The translations under genes were made by a program, and so were the position numbers. From Bacteroidales bacterium (GTDB lineage Bacteria; Bacteroidota; Bacteroidia; Bacteroidales; UBA10428): a DNA stretch of 64,000 nt. The DNA lies in the NCBI GenBank assembly GCA_016930375.1, contig JAFGGU010000082.1, forward strand, positions 38,163-102,162, given 5' to 3'. This document shows positions 38,685 to 46,276 of this stretch, in pieces (position 1 is the stretch's first letter; each line of letters begins with the position of its first letter). The notes beneath the pieces were generated by a model. That model worked only from the letters and a program-made list of their open reading frames with translations, did no database searches and had not been told where the DNA came from.

Positions 38685-39878
38685 CTATTCAAGCTCCACC
38701 GCTGCCACCAGATCCGGCAATATCCCGTCAATGGCTGATTCCACCCGTTTCCAGTCGGGTATCAGCGGTGACCCGAAATGCTGGTCGGCGAAATCCATGA
38801 CACCCGAATCAATCGCTTTTGCAAATACCTCCACGGTTTTTAGCTCTTCATGAAAATCAAAATCGATCCGTTTATCGTACATGTCAGCCAGTGATTCATA
38901 GATGCCAACCATCTCGCGGGCGTGTTTAAGGTATGTCAGCCTGACGGTGCGGAACAGGTCCGCATTCAATGCCACACCGTTACTGGCCAGGTGTGTGAAA
39001 AATGTTCTGGCAATATCGGAGGCCATTTTGTACAATCCCTTCTCACTTTCTGAGCCGACATTCTGGTGTTTATGATCATACCGGTTTGTCAGCTCAATCT
39101 GGCAGATCCTGGATTCTCTTACCAGCCGGTATATCTCACCCAGCAAACCCACTTCAATACCCCAGTCGGAAGGGAATTGCATCATACGGGCCTGGCTGGT
39201 GTAAGTGGCAAATTCACCGGACAAGGGGTACCTGAAATCACCCATGTAATCCAAAAATTCTGTGCTGCCGAACATATCCTTCAGGGTTCTGACCAGCGGA
39301 AAATAAAAAAGGCGGGTTACACGTCCAAAAAGCTTCTTGTCATAACGGATGTAATATCCCTTGGAGAACTGGAACCTGAGGTACATCAGGGGAAAGAGCA
39401 ACCGGGTCAGAAAATCCCTGTCATAGGTAAGTATATCAGCATCGTGAAAAGCAATGGCCGATACCTCGGATTTCCCGATGATATAACCCAGGCATGTCCA
39501 AACTGCCCTGCCTTTACCCCGGATGCCCAGTGGCAACTGTTTTTCGATGCGCTGAATGACAGCCGACACCTCAGGTTTATCGTTCCATACCAGCACAGCA
39601 CGATTGCCCAGTGGAGCAACAATCTTTTGGGCATTGATGAACTCCTCCTTCTTGGCCTGGTCAAGTGAAATGTATATTTTACTCACGTAGGGTATGCTCC
39701 CGAGTACTTCAATAATATGATGCATGGCATCACTGGAAAGGTCATGGTACAAAGCCGGTATAAGAACTCCAACAGGAATCCTGGCAGAAGCTTTCATTAC
39801 TTTGGCTTCCATACTTTCACAACTCTCATCCTGAAGGAGGGAGAAAGTTGGTACTTTATTAATGTGAAAATCGGCCAT
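38685..39878 (-). CDS. Glucosyl-3-phosphoglycerate synthase-like glycosyltransferase (GT81-like)
   Basis: Collinear blocks match my recollection of mycobacterial GpgS: GKGRAVW, FHDADI (DxD), SKGYY..GRVTRL, YPLSGEFA, DWGIEVGLLGE and YDHKHQ. Confidence 0.65.
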   Translation of the reverse strand: MADFHINKVPTFSLLQDESCESMEAKVMKASARIPVGVLIPALYHDLSSDAMHHIIEVLGSIPYVSKIYISLDQAKKEEFINAQKIVAPLGNRAVLVWNDKPEVSAVIQRIEKQLPLGIRGKGRAVWTCLGYIIGKSEVSAIAFHDADILTYDRDFLTRLLFPLMYLRFQFSKGYYIRYDKKLFGRVTRLFYFPLVRTLKDMFGSTEFLDYMGDFRYPLSGEFATYTSQARMMQFPSDWGIEVGLLGEIYRLVRESRICQIELTNRYDHKHQNVGSESEKGLYKMASDIARTFFTHLASNGVALNADLFRTVRLTYLKHAREMVGIYESLADMYDKRIDFDFHEELKTVEVFAKAIDSGVMDFADQHFGSPLIPDWKRVESAIDGILPDLVAAVELE

Positions 39879-39990
39879 GATTATGTGTATTTAGGATTCT
39901 TTAACCTTAACTGCCCTATTGAAAATCAATATAAAAATACTACTTTTATTTTTTAACCTTGTCATTAACTGTAACGAAAACCTATCCGAT

Positions 39991-40824
39991 ATGAAGCATT
40001 TAAGGTATTTTTTAGTTGCAACTATTTTTGCAGCAGGCCTTTACAGCTGCAAAAACGCAAAACCGGCAAAAGAAGAAACTACCCCTGATCTCAAAGGCTG
40101 GGAACTGGTTTGGTCCGATGAGTTTGATTATTCAGGACTGCCCGATTCCGGTTCATGGGCCTATGATGTTGGCGGTCATGGCTGGGGTAACCAGGAAAAA
40201 CAGTATTATACCGAATCCAGGGCTGAAAATGCCAGGGTTGAGAACGGCCTGCTGATAATCGAAGCCAGGCAGGAATCCATGGACACTAACGATTATTCCT
40301 CGGCCCGACTCGTAACCAGGGGAAAAAATGAATGGCTCTATGGTCGTTTTGAGATCAGGGCCAAATTACCCAGGGGAACCGGAACTTGGCCTGCCATTTG
40401 GATGCTGGCTGCCAGTCAAAGCTACGGCGACAGTTACTGGCCCCACAATGGTGAAATTGATATCATGGAACATGTTGGTTTTAACCAGGGATTTATCCAT
40501 GCCTCAGCACACAGTCTCAAATACTTCTGGCAGATCGGCACGCAGCGGACCGATACAATTTTTTCGGCTGACGTTTCCGACACCTTCCACAATTATATCC
40601 TGGAATGGTACCCCGAAAAAATGGACATATTCATGGATGACAAGCTGTTTTTTACCTCCACGAATGACAACACCGGCTGGGAGGCATGGCCATTCGACAA
40701 ACCCTTCTACCTTATTCTCAACATTGCTGTGGGCGGTGCATGGGGCGGACAGAAAGGCGTTGATGAAGGCATCTGGCCGCAGCGGATGGAGGTGGATTAT
40801 GTGAGAGTATATAAAAAGAAGTAA
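39991..40824 (+). CDS. Glycoside hydrolase family 16 lipoprotein (beta-glucanase/laminarinase-like)
   Basis: Catalytic motif EIDIME, WPAIWML, and lipoprotein signal MKHLRYFLVATIFAAGLYSC when started at 39991 (track start 39919). Confidence 0.9.
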   Translation: MKHLRYFLVATIFAAGLYSCKNAKPAKEETTPDLKGWELVWSDEFDYSGLPDSGSWAYDVGGHGWGNQEKQYYTESRAENARVENGLLIIEARQESMDTNDYSSARLVTRGKNEWLYGRFEIRAKLPRGTGTWPAIWMLAASQSYGDSYWPHNGEIDIMEHVGFNQGFIHASAHSLKYFWQIGTQRTDTIFSADVSDTFHNYILEWYPEKMDIFMDDKLFFTSTNDNTGWEAWPFDKPFYLILNIAVGGAWGGQKGVDEGIWPQRMEVDYVRVYKKK

Positions 40825-40857
40825 AAAGTAAAAAGTAAACAGTAAACAGTAAAAAGT
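40816..40857. repeat. Purine-rich heptanucleotide tandem repeat (AAAAAGT/AAACAGT)n
   Basis: aagaagt aaaaagt aaaaagt aaacagt aaacagt aaaaagt. It spans the GH16 stop codon and fills the gap to the convergent gene. Confidence 0.85.
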
Positions 40858-40877
40858 AATCGTTAGTCAGGATTTAA

Positions 40878-42824
40878 TCAGGTTTCATCCTCAAATCTGT
40901 TCGCATAGTCCTCCACGGTCAGGAATGAGTATTTATAACTCATGGGGATGATCGTGTTGTAGTCCTCCACGGAGGCTCCCGATAAGCAGGCTTCAATGAT
41001 CTTGCGACCGGTTGCCGACAATTCCGGAACCAGGTATTTTGGCAGTTCCTTTCTGAAAAAATTATAAAGAATCTGCGCCCCTGCATCATAACCCTGGGGG
41101 CCTACTTCGGATTGCCGGTACACCTGCAGAAACCTGGATGGTATCTTGGCTCCTTCAATGGTAAGGTAATTCAGTTCATAACCCAGCAAAGGACAGCGGG
41201 CTTCCTGGTACTGATCAAGTCGCAATTTGGCATTCCCCCTGCGTGTAAGGTACTCGCGCATCAGGAGCTGCGGTTTGAATCCCACCTTCCAAACGCCGAT
41301 GTATTGATTGGGAACCAGTGTGTATTTGGTGCGCGGAGTCTGTATGATCTGTTCCAGAAGAAGGTTGGCATGCGTCACCATTTTGCCCGCTGCAAAAGGC
41401 CAGTAGGAGCCAACTCCCTCCGATTCCATTCCTTCGCCGCCAACGATACTCGGATTGGCATGTCCGCGGGGTGAGACCAGTCGCCACAACCACGCCAGCG
41501 CCGGGGGTAATATATGAAACAATCCGAGGATCCCGTAATTCGGATTTTCCAGGGTGAAGGGAGGCGTGCGTACGCCAAAACTCCTTACATCCACGCTAAC
41601 CGGACGGTTAATGATCCCGGGCACAATATCCCTGGGCAGGATCACCCTTGGATTGGGACATCTTTTCCCCGGCTGATCCTCTATGTGATCCCATATTAGC
41701 GCCGTACCGCCGGGATGACTTTTTATGTTCAGAAACAGTAAAGGCTTTTTGGGCTTAATGGTGATTTTTTCCAGAAATGGATCGTCTCCATAATCGGTAA
41801 TGCTGTCGACTCTTATGAACCAGGCGTTTTCGGCATCAAGCAATGCCAGTTTTCCATTGTCCTTCTGAACCGATGGGTGACACAGAGCCATGTCATCGGT
41901 AACCGGATTGAAAGAACAGAATAAAGGCAGACTGATCAGCCTTTTTTCTCCGTTGGTAATGTTCTCACCGATTAATATCTGTCCGTCTGACTCCCTGACA
42001 ATATTTTGCAGCATCTCACTTTTGCCTCCGCCGCTTGCTCCCTCATGCATAAAAGTGGTGATATTATCGTATGGACTTACAACCTCAACCGTTGAGCAAT
42101 GGGCAGTAATCCAGCCCTCTCTTTCTCCTTTGGTCAGCAGGGCACCATATAAACCTTTTTTAGCACTCGGTCCCGGGTAAAGGTTGTAGGCATACATCTC
42201 GTGCAGGTTTTCCGATCGCTTGTGGACCACAACCTGTTTGCCTTTAAAATGAGTGTGTCTGAAAGTAGGCGCTACATAAATCACCGTATCAATGGTAAAA
42301 TGCTCCGGAAGACTTTCCACCGGTATGATCCTTTGCAACATCGACAATCCCATGGCGAAAAAACCCGCATTTGCCGGTGCAATGGCGATCCCTCCCACAC
42401 CAATCTTTTCTCCGCCTGCAAAATAAAAAAAGGCAACCAGTTCCTGATCCTTGAGCCACTGAAAAGTCTCCTCCCCGAGAACCTCGAAATCATAACCAAA
42501 TTTCTCTTTAAACCGGATCTTGTCGCTGGGAAGATCATCGGCCACGACCATGGTATCGGGATCGCGACGCCGCATATAAGCTTCTGTGTAATTGGCTGAA
42601 ATGCCATTGGTCACCTTATGCACAACAGCTTCGGTAAATTCTCCCTTCCCGGGTATGTTGTACCTGACTTCGAATGCTTCATTCTTCTCACCTCCAACAG
42701 CAGCGACGGCCAGTTGATCCACACTGTCGTACAAAGTCAGTCTTTTACAGTTTTTCATTATTCCGGAAACCTCTGCCGGTAGCATGATCTTCCTTTGTTT
42801 TAGTTGTTCAAAAATGTTGTTCAT
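40878..42824 (-). CDS. Large P-loop protein of unknown function (possibly DUF4914-like)
   Basis: 648-aa uninterrupted ORF. The only motif I recognise is HEGASGGGKSEM, which resembles the GxSGxGKSE P-loop of HPr-kinase/PEPCK-fold enzymes. The family name is from memory and unverified. Confidence 0.6.
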   Translation of the reverse strand: MNNIFEQLKQRKIMLPAEVSGIMKNCKRLTLYDSVDQLAVAAVGGEKNEAFEVRYNIPGKGEFTEAVVHKVTNGISANYTEAYMRRRDPDTMVVADDLPSDKIRFKEKFGYDFEVLGEETFQWLKDQELVAFFYFAGGEKIGVGGIAIAPANAGFFAMGLSMLQRIIPVESLPEHFTIDTVIYVAPTFRHTHFKGKQVVVHKRSENLHEMYAYNLYPGPSAKKGLYGALLTKGEREGWITAHCSTVEVVSPYDNITTFMHEGASGGGKSEMLQNIVRESDGQILIGENITNGEKRLISLPLFCSFNPVTDDMALCHPSVQKDNGKLALLDAENAWFIRVDSITDYGDDPFLEKITIKPKKPLLFLNIKSHPGGTALIWDHIEDQPGKRCPNPRVILPRDIVPGIINRPVSVDVRSFGVRTPPFTLENPNYGILGLFHILPPALAWLWRLVSPRGHANPSIVGGEGMESEGVGSYWPFAAGKMVTHANLLLEQIIQTPRTKYTLVPNQYIGVWKVGFKPQLLMREYLTRRGNAKLRLDQYQEARCPLLGYELNYLTIEGAKIPSRFLQVYRQSEVGPQGYDAGAQILYNFFRKELPKYLVPELSATGRKIIEACLSGASVEDYNTIIPMSYKYSFLTVEDYANRFEDET

Positions 42825-42967
42825 AAGCTATTAATTTAGCATTGTGTCAAATAGCGTTGTTTTTTTGCATTAAAGCAACCTTTAAGATCACTTTATCGTC
42901 ATAAGGTTATGAATTTCCGTTCGAAAACTCGTAAAATAATCTCAACAGCAAATTTAAAATTTATTGT

Positions 42968-43984
42968 ATGAAAGATGCTATCGGCAAACTCGTTCTTATG
43001 GGGTTATTATTCACCCTGGTGTTTTTTTCCTGTAACAGGGAAGAGAAATCTGATCCACAACAAAGTGATGTTGTAGAAAGATACCTGGAATTCAAAACCA
43101 AAATGAATGCCATGAATGCAAGCATGGGGCAAATGAGTAATTTTCTTGCCGTTATTGGTGCCAGCCAGATGCGAAATAACGGATTTCGGCTGAAATCAGC
43201 CCATGGCGATTCTGTTTATACCGACAGCATTCCCTGCGATACTTCGGGTTACTGGGATTACTATACATGTGCAACGGTATCGGAAACTGATAACGGAGAC
43301 GGCACCCATACAACCATTTATGACTATGGAGATGGCTGTGATGAATTTGGATCGCTGACCAAAGGAAAGATCACTTACATCTGGAAGAATGACGGTGATG
43401 ATTATTATTCAAAAGTTCTATACGAGCAATACTACAGTTATGGCATGGAAATGAACGGCTTTTCGGAATACACTTTTACATCCGATGGAAATTCATACTT
43501 TGAATACGATTCAACGAATGCCGGAAAAGATACAGGCTCATCTCCGGGTGTGATATTCAACTGGTCAGGAACCTCAACCGGAAAAGATAATATGAGCATT
43601 GAATATGACAACGGTGAAAAATACACCTATACATCCAATTACTCTAATACATGGGACAATTCCTCCTATACGGTTCTGGAAGGTGAATTCACCTGTACCA
43701 GCGAGCCTGATGATTACGATTACCATTATCTTGTCACGCTGCCGATTTTTTACAATTACGAATGTTCGGAAACCTGGATCCCGGTTTCGGGTATCGAAAC
43801 CATCCACTACAAGGACGCCAACGAAACCTATGACTTTATAATCGATTACGGCAGCGGAAGCTGCGATAATCTTGCCACGGTCACAGAGAATGGAGAGACC
43901 TCCATCGTTGACTTTGGTGAGCTGATTTACCAGTACTGTGAAGATGCGGTGAGCGACAGTTCGACGGTGAATCTTAAGAGATAA
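42968..43984 (+). CDS. Hypothetical lipoprotein, D/Y/T/G-rich
   Basis: Lipobox signal MKDAIGKLVLMGLLFTLVFFSC. 338 aa, no recognisable domain. Confidence 0.6.
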   Translation: MKDAIGKLVLMGLLFTLVFFSCNREEKSDPQQSDVVERYLEFKTKMNAMNASMGQMSNFLAVIGASQMRNNGFRLKSAHGDSVYTDSIPCDTSGYWDYYTCATVSETDNGDGTHTTIYDYGDGCDEFGSLTKGKITYIWKNDGDDYYSKVLYEQYYSYGMEMNGFSEYTFTSDGNSYFEYDSTNAGKDTGSSPGVIFNWSGTSTGKDNMSIEYDNGEKYTYTSNYSNTWDNSSYTVLEGEFTCTSEPDDYDYHYLVTLPIFYNYECSETWIPVSGIETIHYKDANETYDFIIDYGSGSCDNLATVTENGETSIVDFGELIYQYCEDAVSDSSTVNLKR

Positions 43985-43998
43985 AATACGGTCATTTT

Positions 43999-44028
43999 GC
44001 AGGGGACAGGTTTCGACCTGTCCCCTGC
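43999..44028 (+). terminator. GC-rich stem-loop after the lipoprotein gene
   Basis: GCAGGGGACAGGT-ttcg-ACCTGTCCCCTGC, a 13-bp perfect stem 15 nt after the stop. Confidence 0.6.
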
Positions 44029-44037
44029 GCTGGGAGT

Positions 44038-44335
44038 AGTTTTCTTAACCATAGCTGTCAACTTAAGGATTGAATTGCTGTTAAATTACTATCCAAAAGA
44101 ATAAGCACGGAGTGCTTAAATATGAATAACGCCGGGTGAAACCCGGTGTCAAGTAAGCGAATGAAAAACTCACAACCACGGAGTGGTTGAATATTAATAA
44201 AAAGTATCTCAACTTCAAATTCAACCACTCCGTGGTTGGAAAGCCGTACGCATGGATTACCCCGGGTTTCACCCGGGGTTATTCAAATTCAACCGCTTTG
44301 CGGTTAAATCTTAAGTTGACGGCCTTGGTTGCAAA
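44038..44335. repeat. ~300-bp MITE-like element made of nested hairpins with terminal inverted repeats
   Basis: The ends GTCAACTTAAG (44057-44067) and CTTAAGTTGAC (44310-44320) are inverted. Internal hairpins occur as mirror pairs: CCGGGtgaaaCCCGG / CCCCGGGtttcaCCCGGGG and CAACCACggaGTGGTTG / CAACCACtccGTGGTTG. The end module recurs at 45263, 45385 and 49670. Confidence 0.65.
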
Positions 44336-44361
44336 CTAGCTTAACATACATACAATCTGAT

Positions 44362-44393
44362 TATTATGCTAGGCGGAGTTTGTAACTTTGCCT
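44362..44393. repeat. Second, degenerate copy of the 15448 terminator module
   Basis: TATTATGCTAGGCGGAGTTTGTAACT (26 nt) is identical to 15448-15473. Here the right arm is decayed (TTTGCCT instead of CCGCCT). It lies just downstream of the GNAT gene stop. Confidence 0.7.
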
Positions 44394-44429
44394 GGAAGCC
44401 CACTTATGATGAAGTCCCTACCATTACAA

Positions 44430-45233
44430 TCATCCGAAATTTCCCCCAATCCTGCTGAAAATCATTTCAGGCTGCCAGGTGAGATTTTCACCCAGAACCA
44501 TCCTGGTTCCTTTTATGGGGGTTTCGGCATAACCGTTTTGTTTCAGGAATTCAATGCCGGTAATATTTTCTGATGGCAGCACTATTCTTTCGGCTTGTGT
44601 AAACTTTACTTTCAGCAATTCCATTCCGGCCTCCGGATTCTCAGCAATAACAGGCCCTTCTTTCAGACCGGGGATAAAGTAACCCTGTACAATTCCATTT
44701 TTCAGATATACCTGTGAACCCTCCAAATGAGTAATTAAAAGCCGCTCGCGGTTTTCCGCACTGACTCTTCTGTCCATTTGAAGGATCTGTGCCCTGTGTT
44801 GCGCATTATATTCAACAATGTTTGGTGCCACCGGGTAATCTAATCCGGATTTTTCACGGTTCATGAAAATATATTCCGAGACAGTTCTGAATCCCGCTTT
44901 TACATATACAGGTTTACCAAGTTCTGTGGCAGTAAGCATACAGGTCGTCACCGGATAGTCCCTGAGACCCTGCAACAATTCTGAAACGATTCCCAAACCG
45001 ATACCCCTGTTTCTGAAGGAAGCATCCACAATAATATGAGCCAGCCAGGCTGTGTTATCGTAAACGATCATAACGCCAATTCCGGCAATACGATTATCCA
45101 CACAGGCTTTTACGGTCCGGCAGAATCCGGACCGGATGTAAAATTCCATGTCGGGAATAATATCTGACCAGTCCTCGGGCTGCAAATGCTTGATTTCGTC
45201 AAGATCGTAACTGGTTATTGGCAGGAATTTCAT
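44430..45233 (-). CDS. GNAT family N-acetyltransferase
   Basis: 267 aa with the acetyl-CoA binding motif FRNRGIGLGIV (R/Q-x-x-G-x-G/A). Confidence 0.8.
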   Translation of the reverse strand: MKFLPITSYDLDEIKHLQPEDWSDIIPDMEFYIRSGFCRTVKACVDNRIAGIGVMIVYDNTAWLAHIIVDASFRNRGIGLGIVSELLQGLRDYPVTTCMLTATELGKPVYVKAGFRTVSEYIFMNREKSGLDYPVAPNIVEYNAQHRAQILQMDRRVSAENRERLLITHLEGSQVYLKNGIVQGYFIPGLKEGPVIAENPEAGMELLKVKFTQAERIVLPSENITGIEFLKQNGYAETPIKGTRMVLGENLTWQPEMIFSRIGGNFG

Positions 45234-45261
45234 GTTTTAGATCTTAATGCTAATGGGGCAA

Positions 45262-45403
45262 AGTTAAGAAAACCATAGCCATCAACTTTAAGGATATTTG
45301 CAATTGATATTTTGCAGAAGTTATTATGGATTCTACTCAATATGCTAAATGTCCTGTAATAGGATCTACTTTGCTAAAGATGTCGGCTATGGTTTTCTTA
45401 ACT
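45262..45403. repeat. Inverted-repeat element of the same family
   Basis: AGTTAAGAAAACCATAGCC (45262-45280) and GGCTATGGTTTTCTTAACT (45385-45403) form a perfect 19-bp inverted repeat 104 bp apart. The left end continues ATCAACTTTAAGGA, homologous to the 44038 end. Confidence 0.6.
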
Positions 45404-45415
45404 ACGCCTTGTGAG

Positions 45416-45793
45416 TTACTTCGTATACTCCTCAAAGTGTACCTGCGCCCATTCTATCATCATTTGAACGGCAGGCATAATGCTTTTACCCATTTCGGTA
45501 AGGGAATATTCTACTCTGGGCGGTATTTCCGCATAAGCCTTTCGTGTCAGAAGATGGTCTCCTTCCAATTTTCTCAGGGAATTGGTAAGCATCTTGTGGG
45601 ATATGTCCGGAATACATTTTCTGAGATCTTTGTACCGCATTTTATCATTGGCCTGCAATGTGCACATAATAAGCAGCGACCATTTATCCGAAAACCGGCT
45701 TAGTACATTTCTAATCGGACAGGTTGGAAAATTTAAATCGAGTTCCCTCATGTTATTTTCATTTGAAAGGGCAAACATACAAAAAATCTCCAT
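45416..45793 (-). CDS. HxlR (DUF24) family winged-helix transcriptional regulator
   Basis: CPIRNVLSRFSDKWSLLIM...MRYKDL...ISHKMLTNSLRKLEGDHLLTR...PPRVEYSLTEMG is the HxlR signature, including the conserved N-terminal Cys. An alternative start is MRELDL at 45751. Confidence 0.85.
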   Translation of the reverse strand: MEIFCMFALSNENNMRELDLNFPTCPIRNVLSRFSDKWSLLIMCTLQANDKMRYKDLRKCIPDISHKMLTNSLRKLEGDHLLTRKAYAEIPPRVEYSLTEMGKSIMPAVQMMIEWAQVHFEEYTK

Positions 45794-45918
45794 TAGAGAG
45801 TAATATCCTTTATAAAATATTATAATCTATTTAGAAAGTGTATAAATTATAATTATTTTGTTCTTATAACTATCTATCAATCAATAATACTAACCTCTAT
45901 GGTGAGTAAGAAACCGTG

Positions 45919-45949
45919 TTGCATATTAATCCCTGTCAGGATACTTTTG
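45919..45949 (+). promoter_or_regulatory. Candidate promoter of the peptide/rSAM operon (TTG-N20-TActTTTG)
   Basis: gTTG at 45918-45921, a 20-nt spacer, then TACTTTTG at 45942-45949, 31 nt before the ATG at 45980. This matches the Bacteroides TTTG/TAnnTTTG consensus apart from one base in the -33 box. Confidence 0.45.
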
Positions 45950-45979
45950 ATCGAAATTCAAATTTAAAACAGAAATGCA

Positions 45980-46261
45980 ATGAACAGACTTAGTAAACTT
46001 AACAGTTGGGCTCATTCCGGTGATTTTTGCTCGCCGAGATCTGCCCAGGGTTACCTGAATCCAAATCCTGTAAACCTGGCAAATTCAGGCTGCGGATCAT
46101 CCTGCGGTTCCAAGGAAGGTGACGAAAAACCGAAATCTTCGGCCTGCGGTGCAGGTGATGATGACAAGAAACCAAAACCCTCGGCCTGCGGTGCCGGTGA
46201 CGAAGGAAGCAAGCCCAAGCCCAGTGCCTGTGGCTCTTCCTGCGGAAGTGACGGCAAATAG
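45980..46261 (+). CDS. Cys-rich repeat peptide, candidate RiPP precursor
   Basis: 93 aa with a leader-like N-terminus (1-35). The core is SGCGSSCGSKEGD / EKPKSSACGAGDDD / KKPKPSACGAGDEG / SKPKPSACGSSCGSDGK. Repeats are conserved in protein but differ at synonymous sites. The ORF ends 15 nt before a radical SAM/SPASM gene. Confidence 0.7.
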   Translation: MNRLSKLNSWAHSGDFCSPRSAQGYLNPNPVNLANSGCGSSCGSKEGDEKPKSSACGAGDDDKKPKPSACGAGDEGSKPKPSACGSSCGSDGK

Positions 46262-46276
46262 AATCGAGGATTCCCC

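Noticed and set aside
39066-39668. 200-aa plus-strand ORF
   Set aside because: It is antisense to the GpgS-like gene, whose multi-block similarity to a known enzyme family fixes the coding strand.
44081-44272. 63-aa minus-strand ORF inside the MITE-like element
   Set aside because: The ORF consists of translated hairpin arms, so the same peptide words arise from palindromic DNA. It has no start context, and the element recurs as non-coding fragments.
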